Below are positions 47,889 to 56,972 of a DNA stretch of 64,000 bases, in pieces. The stretch covers positions 1 to 64,000 of the IMG/VR virus record IMGVR_UViG_3300043786_000977. One strand, written 5' to 3'. The notes beneath the pieces are model-generated. The model was not told the DNA's origin. It made no database searches and saw only the letters and a program-made list of their open reading frames with translations. Numbering within the stretch: the first letter of the stretch is position 1; each line of letters opens with the position of its first letter. A program made the position numbers and the translations under genes.

Positions 47889-48883
47889 GTGATAAGGTAG
47901 CCCAGGAAATTGAACAAAAAAGGAAGGCGCCACCACGCCATAAACCGCGGGATGTAGCCTATCCTGATTATAACAAGTCACTCGTCACTCAACGGCATCG
48001 ATCACCGTTACGCGCTGGTGGGGAGCGTGCTGCTCAGACCGGTTTAACAGGGGCGGTACTCGGTGCACTCATCGCTCGCATTATGAGCAACAAGCCTCAG
48101 AATGTGGTTGGCGGTGCATTGGCTGGTGGTGCGTTGGGTGCAGTCCCGGGATTCGTTTCAGGTGCACGGGAAGCGAACAGTGAGAACAGTCGACTCCTCT
48201 TCCTACGTCGGCGCATGGGGATCAACGAACCAGGTGAACTGGATGCCCTGTTACAACATCCCGAGCTCATGCCATCGTTGAGTCAGAAGAAGGCCGCTGC
48301 ACCCAGCGCTATTTTGCAGGCTTTACAGAAGTTGCATCCGGTCAATAAAGGGTTGTTAACAGCAGGTGCTGCTGGTTTAGGCTGGGTCGGCGGTACGGAG
48401 GGTACATCGCGACTGGTGGGTTATCACGATGACCCGAGTGCACGGCATGTAGGCGGTTATGTCAATGCCGCGCAGGCGGCAGGGATCGTCGCGGCTATCT
48501 TGAGTAAGAAACCGCAGGCCCTTCATTTTCTAAAGAAACCAGGAACCTTAGCAGGTATGGCAAGTATGGAAGTAATTCCTGCAGGACTACGTTCCATGAA
48601 CCGTATGTCAGATGCTTCAGCAGCACAAGCAACGGGTCAGGTTTCACCGTCGATCTCTCGTGTCTTGAATACGTCTACTGCCCGGGGCGCAGGAATCGGC
48701 GCCGGTGCTGCAGGGTTGGCTGCCATTGTCTCTGGACTCTCAAGGTCCAAGCGTGACAAAGAGATCCAAGAGGGCCACGGCCGCGCTGGAATGGTCACCA
48801 GTGACTTCCTTAAATACTTGTTGCCTGCCATGATCGGTGGCGGTGTCGTCGGTTCTTTAACTGGGAAAAAGCCTTCTGCATAA
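47885..48883 (+). CDS. Glycine-zipper membrane-type protein with K-x-A motifs
   Basis: MSDKVAQ start, internal QKKAAA, about six GxxxG hydrophobic segments. Confidence 0.65.
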   Translation: MSDKVAQEIEQKRKAPPRHKPRDVAYPDYNKSLVTQRHRSPLRAGGERAAQTGLTGAVLGALIARIMSNKPQNVVGGALAGGALGAVPGFVSGAREANSENSRLLFLRRRMGINEPGELDALLQHPELMPSLSQKKAAAPSAILQALQKLHPVNKGLLTAGAAGLGWVGGTEGTSRLVGYHDDPSARHVGGYVNAAQAAGIVAAILSKKPQALHFLKKPGTLAGMASMEVIPAGLRSMNRMSDASAAQATGQVSPSISRVLNTSTARGAGIGAGAAGLAAIVSGLSRSKRDKEIQEGHGRAGMVTSDFLKYLLPAMIGGGVVGSLTGKKPSA

Positions 48884-49419
48884 TGAAAGAACTCATCATA
48901 CCGCAGCCAGCAAACGGTCGTTTCGGGTTTCCTGAATGGGGTTCACACATCCCCGTTATCACGAAAGTCCTGGACCGTCTCCAACCCAAGACCATTCTGG
49001 AATTGGGTAGTGGTGATCATTCTACAATCGTGTTTCATAGTTACGTGACCGGTGTCCCCGGCCGTTCATTGGTGACTCTGGATAATGATCTGACGTGGAT
49101 TGAGGGATTAGCGTGGCAACGGAACGCACAGCATGAAATACGTTATGTACCTGACTGGGATCCAAAGCATCACGATGGTTACTATGATCTGATCTTCATT
49201 GACCAGGCCCCCGAAGAAACACGTTGGCAGATATCGTTAGAGTGGGCGGCAACGCACTGTACCGTGGCAATGGTACATGACGAAAACTACGTAGATCGTT
49301 ACGGTCACCTTTATCCACTTTTCGCTTCCCGTGTCAACTATGGTGCCTACAAGTTCCATACCGGTGTCTTTGGGCGCGAAATCGATGTGACCGAATGGTG
49401 GCCTGACGGGGGCATCTGA
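48883..49419 (+). CDS. Class I SAM-dependent methyltransferase-like protein
   Basis: ILELGSG motif I, YDLIFID and VHD motifs. Confidence 0.7.
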   Translation: MKELIIPQPANGRFGFPEWGSHIPVITKVLDRLQPKTILELGSGDHSTIVFHSYVTGVPGRSLVTLDNDLTWIEGLAWQRNAQHEIRYVPDWDPKHHDGYYDLIFIDQAPEETRWQISLEWAATHCTVAMVHDENYVDRYGHLYPLFASRVNYGAYKFHTGVFGREIDVTEWWPDGGI

Positions 49420-50522
49420 TGAATCCGACACCGGATTATCTTGTCGTCGGCGCCGGTCCCTCCGGTTGTGTTATTGCGGAACGGCTGGCCGGCCGCGGCT
49501 GTTCTGTATGTCTGGTTGATAAACGAGACCATATCGGGGGTAACTGTCACGATGCGTATGACGATGCAGGCATCTTGGTGCACAGGTACGGGCCACACTA
49601 CTTCCGTACAAACGATGATGCGTTGCTGCAGTACCTATCTCAATTCACCGGTTGGTTACCTGCACAGTATATCGTGCAGAGCAAAGTAGGTGAGATATAC
49701 TATCCGCTGCCGATCAACCTGACGACATTGGAGATGTTCTTCAACCGAACGTTTGACGAGACGTCTGCCCGTGAATTCATTAAGTCCCGTTGTGAACCCA
49801 TAGCACAACCGACGAATGCGGAAGAGTACGTGCTGGCCAACATGGGCCGGGAACTCTATGAGACATTCTACCGGCCGTACACATTGAAACAATGGGGTTG
49901 TTCACCGCGGGAAATTGATGTCGCCGTATGTGGGCGGGTACCTATACGGTTCAACCGTGATTGCCGTTACGTGACACACAGGCATCAGTGTATGCCGGCC
50001 GACGGATACACGGCTCTGTTTACCCGTATGGTGACAGCGCGTGGTATCGTGGTACATTTGAACACGGATTACACGGCCATCAAAGAGTACTGCAAACCGA
50101 AGATTGCAACCGTGTATACCGGGCCTGTAGACACATATTTCGGTCACTGTTACGGTGCGTTACCGTGGCGTTCATTACGTTTCGAACCGCGGTATTATGC
50201 CACGGTTTTTAAGCAACCCTGTGTCCAGGTCAACTATCCGGATGAACAACCCTTTACACGTTCCGTCGAGATCAAACATGTCACGGGACAGGTACATCCC
50301 GCGACGACTGTGATATACGAGTACCCGGTAGCGACGGGTGAGCCTTACTATCCGGTACCCTCACAGGCATCGCGTGAACAGTATGCCCGGTATCAGGAAC
50401 TAGCAGAGCGTGAGACTGCACTACACCGTGTTCATTTTATCGGTCGCCTGGCCCAGTATACCTATATTGACATGGACCAGGCGATACTGGCTGCACTTAA
50501 AGCAGCGGACACGCTCATTTAA
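49419..50522 (+). CDS. glf: UDP-galactopyranose mutase
   Basis: VVGAGPSG FAD motif, RDHIGGNCHD, HRYGPHYFRT, YTLKQWG, LPWRSLRF, EPYYPV and GRLAQYTYIDMDQ. Confidence 0.93.
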   Translation: MNPTPDYLVVGAGPSGCVIAERLAGRGCSVCLVDKRDHIGGNCHDAYDDAGILVHRYGPHYFRTNDDALLQYLSQFTGWLPAQYIVQSKVGEIYYPLPINLTTLEMFFNRTFDETSAREFIKSRCEPIAQPTNAEEYVLANMGRELYETFYRPYTLKQWGCSPREIDVAVCGRVPIRFNRDCRYVTHRHQCMPADGYTALFTRMVTARGIVVHLNTDYTAIKEYCKPKIATVYTGPVDTYFGHCYGALPWRSLRFEPRYYATVFKQPCVQVNYPDEQPFTRSVEIKHVTGQVHPATTVIYEYPVATGEPYYPVPSQASREQYARYQELAERETALHRVHFIGRLAQYTYIDMDQAILAALKAADTLI

Positions 50523-52029
50523 GCCAGCTGTTCGCCAGCGAGTTACCGAGGTCCAGTACCACTTTGCCTGTGGCCTGGGCCAGCCGCACAGCAAGGCCTT
50601 TACCTGGCGCCCCTCCACTGAGAAGCACAAGGCCCGCGTGGTGCTGCTCTACGACGTCTGTGATGCGCTTGTGATCACGCCAGCCAGTCATTACCACGCC
50701 TGTAATGTCAGGGTGCTTATAACGCTTTTGCAGACTCGTGGCTAACCGTTCAGCGTCACCGTGTAGAATGAGCACACCACCCTGGTTGAGCACAGGACCC
50801 ACACGTCCTGTCGCCTGCCACAGTTCAGGGTAAAACTGATCAATGAAACGATCACGTTCAGGGAAGTACGGGTGTACCAGGAAATCGGCCCAGAAGATAC
50901 CCGAGATTGTGCAGGCCAGGAAGTCCGCATGGTTGCCGGCCCAGAGCAGATCACTACCCAACGCCTTCAAATCACAATCAACCAATCCGATACGTTTCAA
51001 GTAGGCCGGGTCTTTAAGGAAATGCTTAGGTGCTTCCTCACCGCGACTGTAGGCAATAATCGCCCGTTCACCGTCCGACATACGTACCACCGATGTCGGT
51101 ACTTTGTGTTTAAGGCGGTGTACGATCATGGCGGCTAATGCGTCGGATGAAAGTATCTTGTTGCAGAAGGCTTCGGTTTCGGCTGACAAGACGATTTTAC
51201 TGAAGTCCGGTCCTTGAACCTGTGGTATTTGTGCCCGTGGTTTTTGTACCTGCTGCTTTATTACGGTTGCTTTTGCCACAACGGGTACTGCGGGTAGACT
51301 CGGGATCGTCCACTTAGGCCACGCCTTCAACTTCTTATCTGACTCTCTGATATAATTCGCACGTCGGTGTAACGGATCCTTTATCCATTCTTTGGGATTT
51401 GGCAGTATCCATTTGTTAGCGCCACGCAAACGGATTAACGGGGTATGTGTGCGTTGCGCCCATACCGCGATATCTTCGTCGTCGCCTGAATGGATTGGCC
51501 CAGTACAAACGTCACGGGTTAAACCGAGCGCCTGTGGGTACGAGGCCATTACACCCGCACCGAGAATGTGTACACCGATATCGCGACTGATAGCATGATC
51601 GTAACCGTACAGGACGCGATTATCTTTCGCCAAGTTACGTGCGGGCATCGGTGCACCATTGCGTATACGATAAACACCACCATGTAGACCTACGATCGCT
51701 TTACGCTGGTAACGGTCAACGGCCTCGACAAGGTATTTAGCGTAGTCTGGTGGGTAGAGTATATCATCATCAACGGATAGATAATAACCGGCTTCGGCGC
51801 CTAACCAATGGAACTTACCGTGACTACCGACATCGGGCGCCGTGCACTCGGGGCCGGCCAGGATCACATCAAGTTTGGCGTCGTTTGGTAGCTCAGGCGG
51901 TCGTTCCGAATACCCGTTCAGATATAAACGCAGTACGTCGCATTGGGGTAGTAGGTCAGCAACTGCACGCAACATACCTGCTTTACGAGGCGGAAACGAC
52001 GCCATGGCAACAATGATTGGATCACTCAT
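50515..52029 (-). CDS. Two-domain glycosyltransferase: GT-A (GT2-like) plus GT-D-fold-like domain
   Basis: ASFPPR...YLSVDDDILYPPDY (DxD) in the N-half; SVVRMSDGE and GKVVLDLG in the C-half. Confidence 0.75.
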   Translation of the reverse strand: MSDPIIVAMASFPPRKAGMLRAVADLLPQCDVLRLYLNGYSERPPELPNDAKLDVILAGPECTAPDVGSHGKFHWLGAEAGYYLSVDDDILYPPDYAKYLVEAVDRYQRKAIVGLHGGVYRIRNGAPMPARNLAKDNRVLYGYDHAISRDIGVHILGAGVMASYPQALGLTRDVCTGPIHSGDDEDIAVWAQRTHTPLIRLRGANKWILPNPKEWIKDPLHRRANYIRESDKKLKAWPKWTIPSLPAVPVVAKATVIKQQVQKPRAQIPQVQGPDFSKIVLSAETEAFCNKILSSDALAAMIVHRLKHKVPTSVVRMSDGERAIIAYSRGEEAPKHFLKDPAYLKRIGLVDCDLKALGSDLLWAGNHADFLACTISGIFWADFLVHPYFPERDRFIDQFYPELWQATGRVGPVLNQGGVLILHGDAERLATSLQKRYKHPDITGVVMTGWRDHKRITDVVEQHHAGLVLLSGGAPGKGLAVRLAQATGKVVLDLGNSLANSWLK

Positions 52030-52059
52030 TCACTCACTCCATTCGTAGTATAAAGATTT

Positions 52060-54846
52060 CTACGCTATATTGCGTAACGGTATTATCCTGTCAGCTGCCA
52101 CAACCCGCGGAAGCCAGAGCAGTTTCCGTTCGATCTGTGTATTCCATGTTTCCTTACGGATGATCCAGCAACGGTTCTTATCGACTTCGAGTTCTTCAGG
52201 ACCGTCAACGAGCAAGTTACGCTCCTTCAGTTCCTGCGTCAAGCCTTTGACGTCAAATGATAACTGCGCCGTCAGTTCCTTGTTCATACGATTTACGACT
52301 GCATGACTGATGATGACGTAATCATCCAATACGAAGATGTGTTGGTTACGAGCCGTGAAGCTGGTGGCAGTCGGCATCGCATTGTAGACGGTACAGATGA
52401 TAGGTGACTTGAATGACGCAAAGATGATTCGGTGCAGACTATCGAAGAACGAGTTAACGCCTGCGCCCATGTTATAGTAACTGTGTTTCATGATCTGCTG
52501 CATCATAGGCTGTGTGTCTAGTCCGAGCATAGTACAGATTGCACTGTAGGTACTCCAGGCCGGGTGCTGGCCGGTAGCATATACGTCAGTCGTTTTTGCG
52601 TGCACGATATACTCAAGTACGAAGGACGCAAACGACTCACGCAACTCAGCCAACGCTGCGGGATCGATGACACTCGTGGGTTCTGGTTTATCCGACACTG
52701 GTAATATGTAGGTCGTCCTCAGATCGCCGCCGTACATACCCGCCGTACTGCCGTCGGTTAGGGCGACCAGACTTATGGGACTGTTGAGGATCACTTGTTG
52801 CATACGGTCGCCACGCAGCGGAGGCAGGCAACCAATGAGGGGTAACGTACCTAGTTGTTCGTAAGCCTCAAGACTCTTGATTGGATTGGCAGGATCGATA
52901 ACGGGGATGAAATCATTGTCCGAGAAGAAGGCGCTGAGTTGACGGAATAACGGTTGCCATATACCAGCTTCCGACTCTACATAGAAAAGGTGACGTGGGC
53001 GTTGGTTATGTCCATGCTTCGCGTGGTGTAGTTCCTGTGTCATTTGGTGTACGACGTGCAGCAAACCACTGGTGAATGCTGCCACGTACATATTGTCACA
53101 ACTCTGCAACAGGTAGCGGTAGGGCTCCACCGCGCTTATTACGCTTTGCCCGGGGATTCCAGAGTATACTTGTGTTGCTGCAGCCGGCAACGTATGGATC
53201 TGTTTTTGTGGTGCAATGACAAGTTGATCCGTTCTGATGACAAAATTCGGTAAGTGTAGATCGTGGGCCTGGTCACAGCCCAGTCGTTGAACCTCACGAT
53301 GGAGTTCGCACTTTTCACCCAATTTACATAGGATGTCACGCCAGTCGTAACCCGGGTGCTCGTAGAACGCAATATACGGGGCTTGATTGCGTTCGCCGAA
53401 TGCACGGATGACGTGACGTTGTAATTCCTTTGCCTTGCCCCATATCGGTTCTGGTATACGTACGACTAACGGTAATGTGGCAGTATCTGTAGGTGTCACC
53501 GTGACGATGAGTTCTTCCTCACCTGTGTATGTACGGATTTTATGGTTAACAGTGATGCCGACGTTGCACAAGACTGATTCGTTACCTCGACGATCGAGTG
53601 CTTTGAGTGCCGTAGTCGTGCGATAGAGTCCGCATCCGTTTCCGAGGATCAGGCGATTTGTGGATTCGGCAACAGCTGTTTGTAGAATCTCTAGCCCTTC
53701 TTTCGAGATCTTCAGACGTTGTGCTGCGCTTATTAGTTCTAGACGTACATTGTCAGGTAACGTAACGGAGTAGAATGCCTTGTATACCTCTTCGGTACCG
53801 TTATGACTTAAAAGGCGATCCATTGTTCGGAGTGTCCACGTGTCTAATGCGAGTGTGCCATCCGCACTACTCAGACGATGCCTAAGCTGTTCCGCTGTAA
53901 TCTGTGTAGCGTCGTGGGCCTCCCACACCTTGATCCGTGGTTGTAGGGCGGCGCCACTTACGTAATGCTGGACGGCTAGTGTTTGCAGTGCGTTGAACAG
54001 CGTGAGAGGCTGTGCCTGCGTAGCTAGTAGAAAAAGAATGTCCAATGAGGCGAAACGTTCAGGCAGCGGGAACCCGGCTAGCGCGATGATGGGTGGTCGC
54101 TTACTGGATTCGGCCGTGTAGGTCCCATATAGTAAACTGGCTGCATGTGGATCGAATGTCGCGATCACGGAACGTGGCATATCATCGAACCGCTCCATGT
54201 AGACACCGATATCGTCCCGCGTAATCGTTATCGTTGTAGTCGTCAGTGGTGATGCTGCATCTTCCACGCGAATATGGGTGACCTCGCCGTTGTACGTGAA
54301 TGGGTAGATGATATGATTCGTGCGTTGGTACTTGGTCTTGTTAAATTCCTGGAACGGTCGTGGAATCTCGTCACCCCGAACGAGCAAGCCGATCTCGGGC
54401 GGTAGGACTCGTAGGTTATTCTGCGACAGGCCGGCACGCAGTTGTAACTTATTGGGTGTTTGGCGACAGGCTTGTTGGCATTGGCTTACGTACGCCTGGA
54501 TACGACTTTGTGTGGTGCGCCCTTCCGTATAGGCGGCAGCCTCGCTATCCAATAAGGGTTCTGTCAACAGGTGAGCGTAGGTGCCGCCTGGACGGAATTG
54601 GGCTACGGCTTCTGTAATCGTGAGGCGTTTTACCGCACTGAGTAGACTGACTGCGTCACCATAGAAGCGACAGGCAGGGTCCGCACACTCGAAGAACGTA
54701 TTACCCGTATACGGATTGGCATGAACACGCAAGGTGTCGGCCGCACTAGCGTGCAGGGGACAGCTATACTTGGCGTTGACATTATCCCCCGGATGGGGTA
54801 ATGTACATCCTAAAGCAGATAAGAAGTTGTGGTTATGCAGTTGCAT
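52060..54846 (-). CDS. Primase-like protein with N-terminal CHC2-type zinc finger, apparently degenerate
   Basis: CPLH...FECADPACRFYGDAVSLL...LTITEAV zinc-binding domain; no clear TOPRIM acidic motifs or Walker A. Confidence 0.5.
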   Translation of the reverse strand: MQLHNHNFLSALGCTLPHPGDNVNAKYSCPLHASAADTLRVHANPYTGNTFFECADPACRFYGDAVSLLSAVKRLTITEAVAQFRPGGTYAHLLTEPLLDSEAAAYTEGRTTQSRIQAYVSQCQQACRQTPNKLQLRAGLSQNNLRVLPPEIGLLVRGDEIPRPFQEFNKTKYQRTNHIIYPFTYNGEVTHIRVEDAASPLTTTTITITRDDIGVYMERFDDMPRSVIATFDPHAASLLYGTYTAESSKRPPIIALAGFPLPERFASLDILFLLATQAQPLTLFNALQTLAVQHYVSGAALQPRIKVWEAHDATQITAEQLRHRLSSADGTLALDTWTLRTMDRLLSHNGTEEVYKAFYSVTLPDNVRLELISAAQRLKISKEGLEILQTAVAESTNRLILGNGCGLYRTTTALKALDRRGNESVLCNVGITVNHKIRTYTGEEELIVTVTPTDTATLPLVVRIPEPIWGKAKELQRHVIRAFGERNQAPYIAFYEHPGYDWRDILCKLGEKCELHREVQRLGCDQAHDLHLPNFVIRTDQLVIAPQKQIHTLPAAATQVYSGIPGQSVISAVEPYRYLLQSCDNMYVAAFTSGLLHVVHQMTQELHHAKHGHNQRPRHLFYVESEAGIWQPLFRQLSAFFSDNDFIPVIDPANPIKSLEAYEQLGTLPLIGCLPPLRGDRMQQVILNSPISLVALTDGSTAGMYGGDLRTTYILPVSDKPEPTSVIDPAALAELRESFASFVLEYIVHAKTTDVYATGQHPAWSTYSAICTMLGLDTQPMMQQIMKHSYYNMGAGVNSFFDSLHRIIFASFKSPIICTVYNAMPTATSFTARNQHIFVLDDYVIISHAVVNRMNKELTAQLSFDVKGLTQELKERNLLVDGPEELEVDKNRCWIIRKETWNTQIERKLLWLPRVVAADRIIPLRNIA

Positions 54847-54869
54847 TTCAGTTCGATATGCTCCATACT
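54841..54869 (+). promoter_or_regulatory. Candidate sigma-70-type promoter in the divergent gap
   Basis: TTGCAT-N17-CATACT. Confidence 0.45.
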
Positions 54870-54904
54870 ACACATGTTGGAGTCTGAAAGTAAAGGAGAT
54901 TTCT

Positions 54905-55957
54905 ATGGATATAATTCATGACCTTAGTCACCGCACCTGGTACCACATCGGCACGCAGCACGCGGCGTTGATTCCGTCCTATGTCTTGGATGCCACACTG
55001 CCTGAGAAAACGGCGGCAGACGCGCTTCCAGACCGAGCGTACGCTGACGATGTCAGACGCTTGTTCCCGATCGTAACACCGGTTGATACTTGGTTGTCTG
55101 CAGCTTATTTTGCTAAACATGCTGAAGAAGTATACACATCTGCGCTGCGAAGTCACGTAGAATCGCGTATCAAGGAAGCTGCGGCTGTTTTCGGTATTGC
55201 TGATGATGTGGCAACAATCATGACCGCTATACGGCAAGTACCCGAGGTGAAACAGGCTTCGGATAGTGGCTACGGTTGGGTGAATGGTACAGAGCGTAAG
55301 TACCCCATGTTCGACGCCAAGGGGGTCCATAAGGCTGCTGAGTACTTCATGGAGAATCGGTATCAATACCCGCCGGCGATGCGTAAGACAATTGCAGCAG
55401 CCATCATGCGTAAGGCCGGTGAATACAAGGTCGATGTACCCACGTCTATTCGTAAGGAAGCAGGACACGGGATGCCGCGGCGTGACACGTTGATGGCGGA
55501 ACTGCTGGCTCGTGCCCAGATGACTAAGGACGCCGAGATCAGCGCGGCCATTGCCAATCTCAATGAAATAATCCCCAACGTGGACATGGCTGAATTGGGT
55601 GGGGTGCTGGATAAGTTCGCGGAAATCGTCGATGCTTTAGATAACGCAGAGAACCTGCGTTGCGGTTACGGTAAACGACTCCTGGCACCGGCCGAATTCA
55701 TTTATGACCTAGATCCCAAGGAGGCTCAAGCCCTAGCTGAAGATTCTGTGGAATTGAATCATTGGGTCTTTAGCATCACCAAGCTTGCAGCACTATCCCC
55801 GGACATATACAGTGGTGTACTCGGGGACGATTTTGCAATACGGATTAAAGCCGCGGACGGCAAGATCGATAAGACAAAACTGGCCGACGAGCTATTTTCT
55901 CTGCCGCGTCCGGATCGTGCAGCGTTGGAATCGCATTTAAAAACCGTGTTTTCGTGA
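54905..55957 (+). CDS. K-x-A-rich helical protein, putative head core protein
   Basis: ATG 54905 after AAGGAG; 12 of 21 lysines are in K-x-A. Confidence 0.7.
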   Translation: MDIIHDLSHRTWYHIGTQHAALIPSYVLDATLPEKTAADALPDRAYADDVRRLFPIVTPVDTWLSAAYFAKHAEEVYTSALRSHVESRIKEAAAVFGIADDVATIMTAIRQVPEVKQASDSGYGWVNGTERKYPMFDAKGVHKAAEYFMENRYQYPPAMRKTIAAAIMRKAGEYKVDVPTSIRKEAGHGMPRRDTLMAELLARAQMTKDAEISAAIANLNEIIPNVDMAELGGVLDKFAEIVDALDNAENLRCGYGKRLLAPAEFIYDLDPKEAQALAEDSVELNHWVFSITKLAALSPDIYSGVLGDDFAIRIKAADGKIDKTKLADELFSLPRPDRAALESHLKTVFS

Positions 55958-56013
55958 GGCGTCAACGATAGCGATACATTCAGCCGAATATTGTCGAACA
56001 CAGTGGGAGGATC

Positions 56014-56670
56014 GTGGTGAATCTAAGTTATCCCCGCCAACAAGCACTACAGTCCCCTGAGACACTAGCCACAGTCATTCACACGATCTTGCGTGAACAG
56101 TACGGTGAAGAGGTGTATGACTGGGACCCGGTAACAGTCTACCTGGAGACACAGGCAGATTTCCGTGCAGATATGTGTTCGGAGGCGATCGATCGCTGGT
56201 GTGCCATTCAGGTGGTTATGACCAGCGACGCGTTCTTCAAGCGTTTAGATGCCTTCCTGGGTATCTGTAACACAATAGCGGATGGTCAGCCCTTCTTCGG
56301 TACATTCGACCCTGTAACAGTGGAGGAGGCTGCCTGGACGATCGCAGAGGTCGCGTTCAATCGGGAACTGCTCCCATTCTCATATGCTATCAAGCAGTAT
56401 CTGCGGACGATACTGAAACAAGAGGGTTACACAGAATCGACATACCCTGCAATCTTTGCAGAGGTCTTTGATAAACAACCTGACGGCGACACCGTGCGCG
56501 CCGGTCTGGCTGCTGTAAACAATAATACAAACCTCGATACGTACCTGGACGACCAGATAGCCGACATGGTCTCCCAGTTCAACCGTATACCCGATTTGAA
56601 GGGTATGGATGACATCATCCTTCGACGGGGCTTAGAAGAAGCACTACAGTCGGCAGGAGAGAAGAAATGA
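56014..56670 (+). CDS. Hypothetical acidic protein
   Basis: GGGAGG RBS, GTG start (56014 or 56017). Confidence 0.7.
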   Translation: MVNLSYPRQQALQSPETLATVIHTILREQYGEEVYDWDPVTVYLETQADFRADMCSEAIDRWCAIQVVMTSDAFFKRLDAFLGICNTIADGQPFFGTFDPVTVEEAAWTIAEVAFNRELLPFSYAIKQYLRTILKQEGYTESTYPAIFAEVFDKQPDGDTVRAGLAAVNNNTNLDTYLDDQIADMVSQFNRIPDLKGMDDIILRRGLEEALQSAGEKK

Positions 56671-56972
56671 GATCAGCATTACTAACAGTGGAGTTCTGGG
56701 TGACGATGGTAACGAACGTCGTCGGTTTAGTTGTCCTGTTCGGTGGACTATCCGCGGATAAAGCAGATTCGCTGAAGTCGACCCTGACAGTGATCATAGG
56801 TGCCGTACTACCGCTGGTCGCGTCGACAGTATACGCCAAGTCGCGTAGTGATCTGAAACGCACAATTGCAGATGCAACACTTTATCGTCTAACGCCTACG
56901 GATGCAGACGGTAAGGTACGCACTGCTTCAGTGGACGACGCGACAGCTGTTTTAAAACGTCTGGGCATCTAA
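56667..56972 (+). CDS. Holin-like small membrane protein
   Basis: 101 aa, two hydrophobic helices, TVEFW N-terminal motif, charged C-terminal tail. Confidence 0.45.
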   Translation: MRSALLTVEFWVTMVTNVVGLVVLFGGLSADKADSLKSTLTVIIGAVLPLVASTVYAKSRSDLKRTIADATLYRLTPTDADGKVRTASVDDATAVLKRLGI

